64,000 nt of DNA from a virus, in IMG/VR virus record IMGVR_UViG_3300048564_000035, positions 1 to 64,000 of that record; one strand, 5' to 3'. Each line of letters opens with the position of its first letter. Positions within the stretch are counted from its first letter, which is position 1. The notes beneath the pieces were generated by a model. The model worked only from the letters and a program-made list of their open reading frames with translations, had not been told where the DNA came from and made no database searches. Shown here piece after piece: positions 14,162 to 22,643 of this stretch. Made by a program: the position numbers and the translations under genes.

Positions 14162-14603
14162 ATAGCGAATCTTCTTTCTTATCCACTATTTTAAGCCATA
14201 CTTTTTCTTTCTTTTGAGCTACTGCAACCAGATCGCATAACTCATTCATGGCTGTTTTATCGTTTATTAAACGCTTCCCTTTTGGGTCTTGCTTTTTGCT
14301 TACAATTATGCAGCCTGCACTTGATGTTTCGTTTACGCCATTATGTAAACGTATTCCTTCGAAGTCTTGGACATTAAATACTCCCGTTAGTTGTCTTTTA
14401 AATCTATTTGACCATGTTACCAGTACAGGATATTTACCGTAGGGGATAGCAGTCTTACCATATACTTTAACTTCCGTTTTCCACTCTCCCGGCTTTGCTC
14501 TTACTTTGTCTTCAATTGTATAACAAAAGAAAGTGCCATCAATGAATAGCTTTCCCTCTGTACATTCTTCATTTAAATGTATTCTTTCAAGTAGGATTTC
14601 CAT
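14160..14603 (-). CDS. DUF5675-like protein, candidate cell-wall-acting enzyme or endolysin
   Basis: The pattern GKLFIDG.FFCYT.ED...YGKTAIPYGKYPV......NRFKR...V..F.GIRLH.G.....S.GCIIV matches my recollection of the DUF5675 family. Its position is terminal in the late operon, next to holin-like genes. Confidence 0.5.
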   Translation of the reverse strand: MEILLERIHLNEECTEGKLFIDGTFFCYTIEDKVRAKPGEWKTEVKVYGKTAIPYGKYPVLVTWSNRFKRQLTGVFNVQDFEGIRLHNGVNETSSAGCIIVSKKQDPKGKRLINDKTAMNELCDLVAVAQKKEKVWLKIVDKKEDSL

Positions 14604-14605
14604 TA

Positions 14606-14935
14606 TTAAAGCGTTTTTGTCATCTCAATCATGGTTATAGTTGACTCAGCCCATGTTAAAGAGTATTCAATGAATGATTCCAACTTATCATTGGGGATAG
14701 AAAATTCTTCCTTAATGTACTCCAATAATTCTGTGCGTTCAACCGGGGAAAGGTCTTTTAACTCTGCCAGTACGTCCTTACGGTTTTTAACCATATCAAG
14801 CAATTCCTTTAACTCCCCTAATAATCCTAATGCAGTAAGGATATTAATTTTTTTGATATGGGAAAGCTCTGCTGACATACTTATCGAAAGGCTTACAGCT
14901 TTCTTTAGTTTTTCTATTCCTAATAATTCTGCCAT
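14606..14935 (-). CDS. hypothetical helical protein (109 aa)
   Basis: ORF track. Confidence 0.55.
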   Translation of the reverse strand: MAELLGIEKLKKAVSLSISMSAELSHIKKINILTALGLLGELKELLDMVKNRKDVLAELKDLSPVERTELLEYIKEEFSIPNDKLESFIEYSLTWAESTITMIEMTKTL

Positions 14936-14942
14936 GATGTTT

Positions 14943-15026
14943 TTATTTTTGGGTTAATAAAATATATAATACAATTGCCAGTATAATTAAAGCTATTATT
15001 AGTATGAAGTTGAAACGGCTGATCAT
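14943..15026 (-). CDS. 27-aa hydrophobic peptide
   Basis: The ATG overlaps the upstream stop in ATGA. The product is MISRFNFILIIALIILAIVLYILLTQK. Confidence 0.3.
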   Translation of the reverse strand: MISRFNFILIIALIILAIVLYILLTQK

Positions 15027-15256
15027 CTGCTTTGGTGTTTACCATTTAGCCCTTCCCGTTGATCTTGTATTCTGGCTCTCCGCCTTGCTCTGGATGAGGT
15101 AACGATGTAGTCATATACTTTAGCGCAATACATAATAGACCTTGCTAAAAGCCATATAAAGCACACAATGAACACAAGTATTTTTGGCAGCGTGTCTAGG
15201 GGGCCAAAGGCTGTAACTGAAACTCCTGCTATTCCGAGAATGTCCGCATAAAACAT
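15023..15256 (-). CDS. holin-like protein (77 aa): 2 TM helices and an Arg-rich C-terminal tail
   Basis: The internal ATG at 15256 starts 2 nt after the stop of 15259-15693. The long track version (15427) would overlap that gene by 169 nt. Confidence 0.5.
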   Translation of the reverse strand: MFYADILGIAGVSVTAFGPLDTLPKILVFIVCFIWLLARSIMYCAKVYDYIVTSSRARRRARIQDQREGLNGKHQSR

Positions 15257-15258
15257 TA

Positions 15259-15693
15259 TTATCGTTTTGGCTTGTTGATAAGGTCTTTCCGTAAAAGAAT
15301 AATCACGCCAGTTAGAAGGGCTGAAAATATTATTATTACTGCTATTGGGTTGCCCATGTCCCATTTTGTTATTGTAGCGATTATTTGCCATATAAAAACG
15401 ATTGTAATATACACTAAGTATGGCCATATCAGAAACCTGTACTTCTTATCAATTATCAAAAAAATTGTCAATAATAATAACAAGTCCCTTCCGAAAGAGA
15501 AAATGAAATAGATATAATCTACTATCGTTATCGTATCATCCTTAAACCATGAATAAAGTAATGGTATTGCTGATGTTATTATGCACCAAACAATGGTTAT
15601 CTGAATAATATTTACAACGTTTTTCTCTAGCCACCCAATGAACTTATTCAATAAGTGGGCCACTCTTAAAAATATTGCTCCAATCTTGTTCAT
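15259..15693 (-). CDS. polytopic membrane protein (144 aa, about 4 TM helices)
   Basis: ORF track. Hydrophobic throughout. Confidence 0.6.
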   Translation of the reverse strand: MNKIGAIFLRVAHLLNKFIGWLEKNVVNIIQITIVWCIITSAIPLLYSWFKDDTITIVDYIYFIFSFGRDLLLLLTIFLIIDKKYRFLIWPYLVYITIVFIWQIIATITKWDMGNPIAVIIIFSALLTGVIILLRKDLINKPKR

Positions 15694-15875
15694 CCAACAA
15701 GCGGTGAATGCCCCGGTCGAATGCCGCCACGATGCTGCGTACTGTCATCTGCATCATTTTCCTTTATTTCTCTTGCCTTTAGTTCATCATAGGCGTTTTG
15801 TCTGTTTGAAAACTCGCAATCATAAACGTAGTCGAGCAACGTCATTGTTGGTACATCTTCTAATCCTGTTGGCAT
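15690..15875 (-). CDS. hypothetical acidic protein (61 aa)
   Basis: ORF track. 4-nt overlap with the downstream gene. Confidence 0.45.
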   Translation of the reverse strand: MPTGLEDVPTMTLLDYVYDCEFSNRQNAYDELKAREIKENDADDSTQHRGGIRPGHSPLVG

Positions 15876-15887
15876 ATAAAATAGTTT

Positions 15888-16175
15888 TTATTCAGTTTGG
15901 GTAATAACGGCTTCTTTGTCACCGTCTTTGATTGATTTAATTTCTTCTTTAGTAACAGGTATAACTACTGTTGCGGGTGTAAGAAAATTTTTAACTATAT
16001 AACTCAACCCTGCAAACAAAGCAACACCTCCAATAAGTTTCCAGTTAAAGGTCAATGTACCTGCATCAATAGAGCTACCAATGATCGTAAAGACCGGGGT
16101 AATAACTGCTACGAGCAGCCCACGTAACAAGTCTCTTAAATTGAGTGTCCCGATAGGTGAAGTTGTTGTTTGCAT
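15888..16175 (-). CDS. holin-like membrane protein (95 aa, 2 TM helices)
   Basis: Two hydrophobic helices and a charged C-terminus. Confidence 0.5.
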   Translation of the reverse strand: MQTTTSPIGTLNLRDLLRGLLVAVITPVFTIIGSSIDAGTLTFNWKLIGGVALFAGLSYIVKNFLTPATVVIPVTKEEIKSIKDGDKEAVITQTE

Positions 16176-16384
16176 TATAACGATGTTTTATTTGCCTGAT
16201 CATTTTTCTCTTTCAATACCCCTTTTGCTTCACTTGATTCCCTTGTCAATCTTAGTAGTTCATCCATCCGGCTGTTAATCTGTTTATGAATATTATCCAA
16301 TCTTACTTTTATAATACCTCCAATGATAAGCCCCACCGTTGATACGATGCCGCCAATAATTGCTATCACGACGGCATCACTCAT
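16175..16384 (-). CDS. single-pass membrane protein with a coiled-coil tail (69 aa), spanin- or antiholin-like
   Basis: N-terminal TM helix AVVIAIIGGIVSTVGLIIGGII followed by a charged helix. Confidence 0.5.
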   Translation of the reverse strand: MSDAVVIAIIGGIVSTVGLIIGGIIKVRLDNIHKQINSRMDELLRLTRESSEAKGVLKEKNDQANKTSL

Positions 16385-16542
16385 ACTTTATAGTTAAGAT
16401 ACCCTATTCCATTAAAGCAAAGCAGAACTATCATTATAAGGAACAGTATATTTAAAACCTTCTGGCTTACCGGCACACCGGCAACAATAAGTACAAGCAG
16501 TACAACCGCAAATACTAATAAGATTAATGGTATAATACTCAT
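16381..16542 (-). CDS. 53-aa double-TM peptide
   Basis: The ATG at 16542 follows the stop of 16547-17296. The longer track version overlaps that gene. Confidence 0.45.
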   Translation of the reverse strand: MSIIPLILLVFAVVLLVLIVAGVPVSQKVLNILFLIMIVLLCFNGIGYLNYKV

Positions 16543-16546
16543 AAGT

Positions 16547-17296
16547 TTATTTTTTAAAGATAGTGAAGCTATCATATAATATACTGCTACTTCCTTTATT
16601 GTCGAATTGATTAATCCCAATTTTTCCATAGGCTCCCTTTGAATCATTCATTTTACCATTTACGGAAACAACCAATTTTTTATCAATAAATAACCGATGA
16701 TATCCGCTTGCGGAAAGGAAAACTTCATGCCTGAAATGATACCACTTATTAAGCGAAAATGTCCAATCAATAGGGAAGTATTTATTATTGTGATTTTCAT
16801 CTGAAGTAATAAGCTGTATTTTATTATTACCAGCCATCCAAATAGAAGTCACTCCCGATGTTCCTGAAGTGTTACCATGTATCTGCCAGATAAGGGAACT
16901 ATCGTATGTCTTAATAAAATAAATGTCAAATTCACAGCCCCCTTCGGTTGGTGTCTGATCCCAATTCTGTTCTGACCTATAACCAGATGAAATAGGGGGA
17001 TCGCCAGCGTCTACAATAGCGTTAAATACATTCTGATTTGGATTAGTAGGGCTTTTAACAACTTTCCCTTTCCCTAATTGAGCAGGATCAAGCGTATTAA
17101 ATTCCTTGAATGAAACAATGGTTCCATATCCTGTAAGTCCCGGCGTAGTGGTTGGTGGCGGGTCAACAGGCGGCGGAGTAGTAGTTGTCGGGGGCGTAGT
17201 CCCTGTAATCGTACTTCCGATAAGCATAGGGTCTGAAACCTCTACTGTTACTGTTTGTTCTGTTAGTGATGGGGGAGTCTTTACTTGGAGTTTCAT
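16547..17296 (-). CDS. PL7-like (ConA-like jelly-roll) polysaccharide lyase/depolymerase with an N-terminal Pro/Thr linker
   Basis: GYRSEQ, WQIHGN and YGKIGINQ resemble the alginate-lyase PL7 triad R(S/T)E.R, Q(I/V)H and YFKAG.Y.Q. The linker is TTPPTTTTPPPVDPPPTTTP. Confidence 0.55.
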   Translation of the reverse strand: MKLQVKTPPSLTEQTVTVEVSDPMLIGSTITGTTPPTTTTPPPVDPPPTTTPGLTGYGTIVSFKEFNTLDPAQLGKGKVVKSPTNPNQNVFNAIVDAGDPPISSGYRSEQNWDQTPTEGGCEFDIYFIKTYDSSLIWQIHGNTSGTSGVTSIWMAGNNKIQLITSDENHNNKYFPIDWTFSLNKWYHFRHEVFLSASGYHRLFIDKKLVVSVNGKMNDSKGAYGKIGINQFDNKGSSSILYDSFTIFKK

Positions 17297-17343
17297 ATAT
17301 TTTATTTCAGGTTAATGATAAGTATATACTTCATATATTGGTT

Positions 17344-17796
17344 TTATTGTCTTCGATTCTTAAATTTACCGTATGCTTTACGTGATTGATATGCAGATAA
17401 ATCGGTTGCGTTCATTTCTGTTATCTTTCTTTGCAAATATGTTTGGGTAGTTAGTAGCAGCAATGCGTCATCAACCTTTCTCCATACGCTACTATTCCCA
17501 TTTGCTGTACTGGTAGCAACATAATCATCCCTTAATCTTCTTTCAACGGCTAACCATGTTCCTATGGAAGATATAATTGTAACTGAAGTTGCTTCTGACG
17601 GGTCTGATTGTCCTCTTATCTTTACTTTGACCGTATCAGCCAAATCGCCAAATATTTCATCATTATCATAAATGAATGAACCCATGTAATGAACTTCCTT
17701 CCACGTAAGAACTACTGATATCTTTATTAGGCTGCTATCCTGTGAAAAGCAGTTAAGTGATAATAAAATAATAATTGATGATAATATTATTTTCAT
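17344..17796 (-). CDS. exported protein (150 aa)
   Basis: ATG at 17796. The product begins MKIILSSIIILLSLNCFSQDSS, which is signal-peptide-like. Confidence 0.55.
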   Translation of the reverse strand: MKIILSSIIILLSLNCFSQDSSLIKISVVLTWKEVHYMGSFIYDNDEIFGDLADTVKVKIRGQSDPSEATSVTIISSIGTWLAVERRLRDDYVATSTANGNSSVWRKVDDALLLLTTQTYLQRKITEMNATDLSAYQSRKAYGKFKNRRQ

Positions 17797-17806
17797 TTTA
17801 TAAAGT

Positions 17807-18379
17807 TTAAGTCTGTACTGCTGTACGGCTGATCTCCTGCCAGATAATACCATTTATACAAACAAAAGTAACGCTAAAAAATCTTGCCGATACTGTTCCT
17901 GTTGCTAATGTTCCTACTTTCCTGAAATTAGTTCCAAATGTAATCGTAAACGATGTTGTACCGCTTGTTGTTACTGCAAAGGTGACTCTTTGCCCTGCTA
18001 CACCTCCACTCGCATTAAACGTAACAGCCCCCGTAGGTGTTATCGTTATTACGGATGCAGTCATGTTTATAGTCATCGTTCCGGTTGTTGCCGGTGCTGC
18101 CTGCGCTCCTGATATACCTCCGTTAGCAAATGGTAAAACAGTTATTGTATTCTGCTTTGCGTTTAATTCGTTCTGTAAATCCGTTTGATTGTTTAATGTA
18201 CCCGTAATAGAACCCCATGTTGATGCCCCTCCACCCTGTATATTGCATTTATTGATCCGCAACGTATCTCCTACACCCCTTACAAATACAAGCGTATCGC
18301 CTTGTTTAATCATTAACCCTTTCTGCCCACAAACTGGAAAGTAAAATGAAAGCAGTAATATGATTATTTTTATTCTCAT
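17807..18379 (-). CDS. fibre-associated protein (190 aa) with a signal-peptide-like N-terminus
   Basis: The N-terminus is MRIKIIILLLSFYFPVCGQ. The motif WGSITGTLNNQTDLQNELNAKQ is typical of phage fibre proteins. The C-terminus is rich in Thr, Gly and Ala. Confidence 0.55.
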   Translation of the reverse strand: MRIKIIILLLSFYFPVCGQKGLMIKQGDTLVFVRGVGDTLRINKCNIQGGGASTWGSITGTLNNQTDLQNELNAKQNTITVLPFANGGISGAQAAPATTGTMTINMTASVITITPTGAVTFNASGGVAGQRVTFAVTTSGTTSFTITFGTNFRKVGTLATGTVSARFFSVTFVCINGIIWQEISRTAVQT

Positions 18380-21327
18380 AACATTTCCGTTAATACGAAT
18401 GTTGATCCTACAAGTACACTTGATGCTGCTCCATTACTTACGTTTTGGGCGAACTGACACGTTAAAGTTCCGGCTGCGTTAACACTTATAGTCCCTGATA
18501 TTTTACATATCGCTGCTGTAACCGCCGTAACCGCTCCTACTGATGTAGCAAGTGCTGCTCCTCTTCCTTGTGTTGTTAATCCTGCATCCGTTGTCAATCC
18601 TTCATATATTATGTTTGTTGCAGTAGCTGTACCGGCAATAGCAAACTGAACACCACCACCTACATTTGAAGTGGTATATAATGTAGCTTCAAATCTATAT
18701 GTCTTTCCGGCCACAACGGTAGCGGTTAGTCCAGTTATGTTCGCAAGGGCTGTGCTACTTGTTTTATCGAATTGGGTTGATACCCTTGATTGCTGTATCT
18801 GTGGAATTTCCTGTCTTTGTCCACCTCCATTTGTAAAGAATAACTGAGGTGTAGTATATTCAATTGCTCCCGCTTCTGCTGCTGTCAGGTTTACTCCTGT
18901 AACCAATTTAATAGGTGCTGTATTTGCTGTTGCCGTTCCTGCTGGCAATGATAACCAACCAGTAGCGGTAGTTCCACTTCCGACTATAACTGACCCTGCA
19001 TTTGTTAATCTCATTTTCTGTACTGCACTGATATTGTTAAATACCATATCATTGGTTAATGCTCCAATGTAATATCCAGTTCCTAAGTTAGAAGCATTTG
19101 ACAGTAACACTGCGCTTCCAGCTGAATTGCTTGTTAAAAATGCAGCTCTTGTGTCGGCATTAGATGCTCCAAAAACACTTGTAAAAACAGAGTTTATTGA
19201 AGTTACATTACTCCTTACTCTTAACCCACCACCTGTAATATCTAAAGCGAAGTTATCAGTAGTCGCGCCTGTTGCAGATAATGATAACCCAACATTGGTT
19301 CCTGACGTGGCATTTGTATTGGTCACCGCTATTCTTGCACCTGTTGCCGTAATAGCATTTGTTCCATTGGCTCCTGATACAGATATGTTTAGCATTTCAT
19401 TTCCTGCTGCCAAAGCCGTTGAAGTTGAAACAAGACTTAATTGATTTGCCGTTGTTAAAGTTGAAGTATTAACAGTAAACAAATCTTCCGTAGTGTTACT
19501 ATTTGTCCATGTAGATGATTCTCCTGCATCAAATGTTAATGCTTGATCTCCTGTTGGGTTTGTTATCCCGTTCCATGTTGAAGAACCTCCGGTGGTAGTG
19601 TCAGCATAAGTAAGGTTTCCTGCTGCATCAAGTCGTACTGCATATAAACCGGGCGCTCGTTGCAGACCACTAAATCTAACTCCACGCTGACCATATATCC
19701 CCTGTGTAACGGTGAGCATACTATCTGGTGTTTGAGTGCCTATTCCTAAATACCCGGTAGTTGCGGCGAATCTTCCGTATTCAGTAAACCCATCGTTAAC
19801 ATTTCCGGTAAATTTAATATAACCAGAATTAGATGCCGCAAGTCTTATACCAGCCCCTCCTTGTACTATAATAGAAAGACAGCTATCGGCAAATGTATTA
19901 TTTTTTGCGCCTAAGAAGAATTGACCTATTTGACCACCGAAAGTATTTCTACTTGAAAATCCACTGGCTGTTGCTGCATAATTAATACCTACTGCTGCTG
20001 ATTGTGTAGGGGTAACAGTATTTTCTACCTGATTACGTACATAACCCGGATCGGCTCCTACATACTTAAATCCAATCGACCCGAAATTTTCAGCTTGTAA
20101 TGTTACTATTCCGTCTCCATTACCTGCACCTGTTTTAGTAAAATCAACAGTAAGCCTGTCGTCTACTATGTAAGTGGGATTTAAAATGTTGCTTGAATCC
20201 CTGAATGAAAAACTGTTATTTCTTAGCCATGTATATCTGGCTTCTGTAAACGACACACTTTTTGCCTCATCAACAGTAGGGCCACCAAATCGGAAGTCAT
20301 TACCTGATTTATATATTCCATTTGATGCAGTACCAATATCACTCTGCGCCCTTGTCTTTAGTAATCCCGTTCCTGTTTCTCTTACCACAATGCTGTCTGT
20401 TGGTGAAGCCGACCGGAGCAGTGTATCAACCGATAATAGCCCAAGATAAGGCTGTATTGCTATCCCTGCATCGGCTACGGAAATCTCTGAGCTATTGCCG
20501 TATATTTCAGCAACTCCGGGATTGAGTAAAAAGGCTGCTGACCTATCCGACATTCGCCATATTAAACTGTCTCTTGCCCATTGATCGGCATGACCTTCAT
20601 ATAAGTTAAGTTGAGATGATCTATTCCCTCTCCAAATAGCCGCCGAATCCGGATATACATCTATGAACATTTCGTTAGTAGCACCGGTAGTGTTTGAAGC
20701 GTATAGCTGTATTTTTGCGGAGTCACTTAAAAGCCAGTTAATCTTATTACTCTTTGATGTTTGTACCCTTATATTTGTACCGTCATTAGCAGTTGATGAT
20801 GAGGCAAGCACTTCCGATTTTAATCCCGTTGTTGATCCAAAAACACCAAGAGCCGCATTATTCGTGAATAACTGCTTATCCATATAAATATATCCGCTGT
20901 CAGTACCGTTTGTACCTGATATACCCAGTTTAGCCGTACTGGTTGTATATATCCTACGGGCTGTTGTAAATACGCCACCTAATTCAACATTTGCACCGTT
21001 TAAATTAACTCCCTGTTGTGCCCCTGTAACCGTTCCCCCTCCACCTCCTGATAAAAGAACCCATGCGGATGCAGTAGCATTTCTTACCCATAATTGATTT
21101 GCTGCTGTAAGAATTACCATTCCGGGAGTGAAGCGGATATATGATGGAACATTAGCGGCTGCGGTATCATCGAAGCTATTATAAACAAATCCGGTTAAAG
21201 ATGAAAATGTTCCTGCTGTTTGAACTTTAGTTGGCTTACTTCCAATTGATTGCGTGATACTAAATGTTTGAGAATAACCACTTATTGAAAATAGTATAAC
21301 GATTAATATTAGTATTAATTTTTTCAT
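18376..21327 (-). CDS. large tail-fibre or receptor-binding-like protein (983 aa) with a signal-peptide-like N-terminus
   Basis: The N-terminus is MKKLILILIVILFSISGYSQ. The composition is Gly/Ser/Thr/Ala/Asn-rich and beta-type throughout. It lies in the distal late operon. Confidence 0.65.
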   Translation of the reverse strand: MKKLILILIVILFSISGYSQTFSITQSIGSKPTKVQTAGTFSSLTGFVYNSFDDTAAANVPSYIRFTPGMVILTAANQLWVRNATASAWVLLSGGGGGTVTGAQQGVNLNGANVELGGVFTTARRIYTTSTAKLGISGTNGTDSGYIYMDKQLFTNNAALGVFGSTTGLKSEVLASSSTANDGTNIRVQTSKSNKINWLLSDSAKIQLYASNTTGATNEMFIDVYPDSAAIWRGNRSSQLNLYEGHADQWARDSLIWRMSDRSAAFLLNPGVAEIYGNSSEISVADAGIAIQPYLGLLSVDTLLRSASPTDSIVVRETGTGLLKTRAQSDIGTASNGIYKSGNDFRFGGPTVDEAKSVSFTEARYTWLRNNSFSFRDSSNILNPTYIVDDRLTVDFTKTGAGNGDGIVTLQAENFGSIGFKYVGADPGYVRNQVENTVTPTQSAAVGINYAATASGFSSRNTFGGQIGQFFLGAKNNTFADSCLSIIVQGGAGIRLAASNSGYIKFTGNVNDGFTEYGRFAATTGYLGIGTQTPDSMLTVTQGIYGQRGVRFSGLQRAPGLYAVRLDAAGNLTYADTTTGGSSTWNGITNPTGDQALTFDAGESSTWTNSNTTEDLFTVNTSTLTTANQLSLVSTSTALAAGNEMLNISVSGANGTNAITATGARIAVTNTNATSGTNVGLSLSATGATTDNFALDITGGGLRVRSNVTSINSVFTSVFGASNADTRAAFLTSNSAGSAVLLSNASNLGTGYYIGALTNDMVFNNISAVQKMRLTNAGSVIVGSGTTATGWLSLPAGTATANTAPIKLVTGVNLTAAEAGAIEYTTPQLFFTNGGGQRQEIPQIQQSRVSTQFDKTSSTALANITGLTATVVAGKTYRFEATLYTTSNVGGGVQFAIAGTATATNIIYEGLTTDAGLTTQGRGAALATSVGAVTAVTAAICKISGTISVNAAGTLTCQFAQNVSNGAASSVLVGSTFVLTEML

Positions 21328-21572
21328 TTACAATTATTACATGGTTCAAAGTCAATTATCAATTTATCTGAAACAAACCAAACATTTGGAGAACGGTCTA
21401 TTGTGCCTTCAACGTAAGAGTGTTTAAAGTTTGGCGATGGGTTCAATTGATTTTCCGGGATATTATTTACTATTATAAAGTTCACGATACAGTTTTTTAA
21501 AAATTCTGCCTGAAATATACTTTGACCTGCTACTGGCCCATTACCTACCCCACACGTAAATTGTTTTACCAT
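21324..21572 (-). CDS. hypothetical protein (82 aa)
   Basis: ORF track. 4-nt overlap with the fibre gene. Confidence 0.5.
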   Translation of the reverse strand: MVKQFTCGVGNGPVAGQSIFQAEFLKNCIVNFIIVNNIPENQLNPSPNFKHSYVEGTIDRSPNVWFVSDKLIIDFEPCNNCK

Positions 21573-21582
21573 GCCCTATCGT

Positions 21583-22116
21583 TTAAATATGTTTCCAAGT
21601 ATGCCTAATAATAATATCCCTGATACTTGATTGGTTAAGCCCGTACTCTTTGGCTAATTCTGATTGTCTCCTACCGCCATTACTATACGCCTCTCTAATA
21701 GCAATTACTTGATCTTTAGTTAATTTAGTACTTTTATTTCTATCCCCTATTGCTAAGTTTCTTTTTATAGTACTTGGTAATGGAGGTGGCTTATATCTTC
21801 CTTTTTTTAAGCAGTCTTCATAATTATCCTTGTTGGTTCCCAAAAATAAATGATTTGGATTGCAACAACTCGGGTTATCGCATTTATGACATACTTGTAA
21901 TTCTAATGGGTCTTTTTTGTTTTGTATAAAAAAGGCTAGCCTATGAGCATTGTATATTAATTTTTTAATTCTAAAACACCCATAACCCTTACCCCACTTA
22001 GCCCCAGACCATTCCCAACACTTATCTACATTTGCTAACAAAATTACCCTAGACCAGAATCTATAATAGATGCTATCTGAAATGTCTGGCATCAAAAGGT
22101 GTGTTATTTTTCCCAT
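21583..22116 (-). CDS. HNH homing endonuclease (HNH_3 type) with a C-terminal HTH
   Basis: The motif is CWEW.G....GYG....AHRLAF.......L.VCHKCDNP.CCNPNHLFLGT..DN. The C-terminal HTH is QSELAKEYGLNQSSIRDII. Confidence 0.85.
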   Translation of the reverse strand: MGKITHLLMPDISDSIYYRFWSRVILLANVDKCWEWSGAKWGKGYGCFRIKKLIYNAHRLAFFIQNKKDPLELQVCHKCDNPSCCNPNHLFLGTNKDNYEDCLKKGRYKPPPLPSTIKRNLAIGDRNKSTKLTKDQVIAIREAYSNGGRRQSELAKEYGLNQSSIRDIIIRHTWKHI

Positions 22117-22121
22117 AAGTT

Positions 22122-22643
22122 CTAACTCGGTATTAAAGCTATAAGTTCTTCATCACTCAAAGCCGGTGAAATCGTTAATAGCCCTGTTGCCTTTATCCAC
22201 GTAAAATACGAAGCCTGTGACGACAAAGTAGATTGCGGTATTCCATTTCTATCCACCTCCAAATTAAATCCAATAAAGGCTGTAATAGTAACAGAGCTTT
22301 GTCCAGTAATCATGTAGGACGTTGAACTATCTACTTTGAAGTCTATTCTATCTGGTGTTCCTCCTGTTGTTGATACCCCCGCAATAGTTCCAGCAATACC
22401 GCTTTTATTTTGTGCTGCTAATCCGTATGGCTGACATAATGCTAGTAAGTAATTAGCCGTAGCCGTCAATGTAGTATCTGTTGGGTCTTGCCCATAACGT
22501 CTTTCTACATTTTTACGTATCATGTAAATTTTACGTGGCAATCTTAAATCAACCGTACCGCCTGCATTACCTTTCCTTGCTATATCGTTTGCAGCAAGTG
22601 GCTGAGAGCCTATTGCAATATCAATAATTTCGGCTACTGTCAT
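22122..22643 (-). CDS. virion-module hypothetical protein (173 aa)
   Basis: ORF track. Called by position between the capsid and fibre genes. Confidence 0.55.
   Translation of the reverse strand: MTVAEIIDIAIGSQPLAANDIARKGNAGGTVDLRLPRKIYMIRKNVERRYGQDPTDTTLTATANYLLALCQPYGLAAQNKSGIAGTIAGVSTTGGTPDRIDFKVDSSTSYMITGQSSVTITAFIGFNLEVDRNGIPQSTLSSQASYFTWIKATGLLTISPALSDEELIALIPS

Noticed and set aside
15023-15427. The 134-aa version of ORF 15023-15427
   Set aside because: It overlaps 15259-15693 out of frame by 169 nt. The internal ATG at 15256 starts 2 nt after that gene's stop and yields a typical 2-TM holin-like protein.
19127-20887. Plus-strand ORFs inside the fibre gene (19127-19444, 20174-20449, 20322-20525, 20663-20887)
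   Set aside because: They are antisense shadows of a long, compositionally biased gene. The same reasoning applies to the antisense ORFs inside 33198-39560, 42072-45848, 27548-29938 and 60944-61819.
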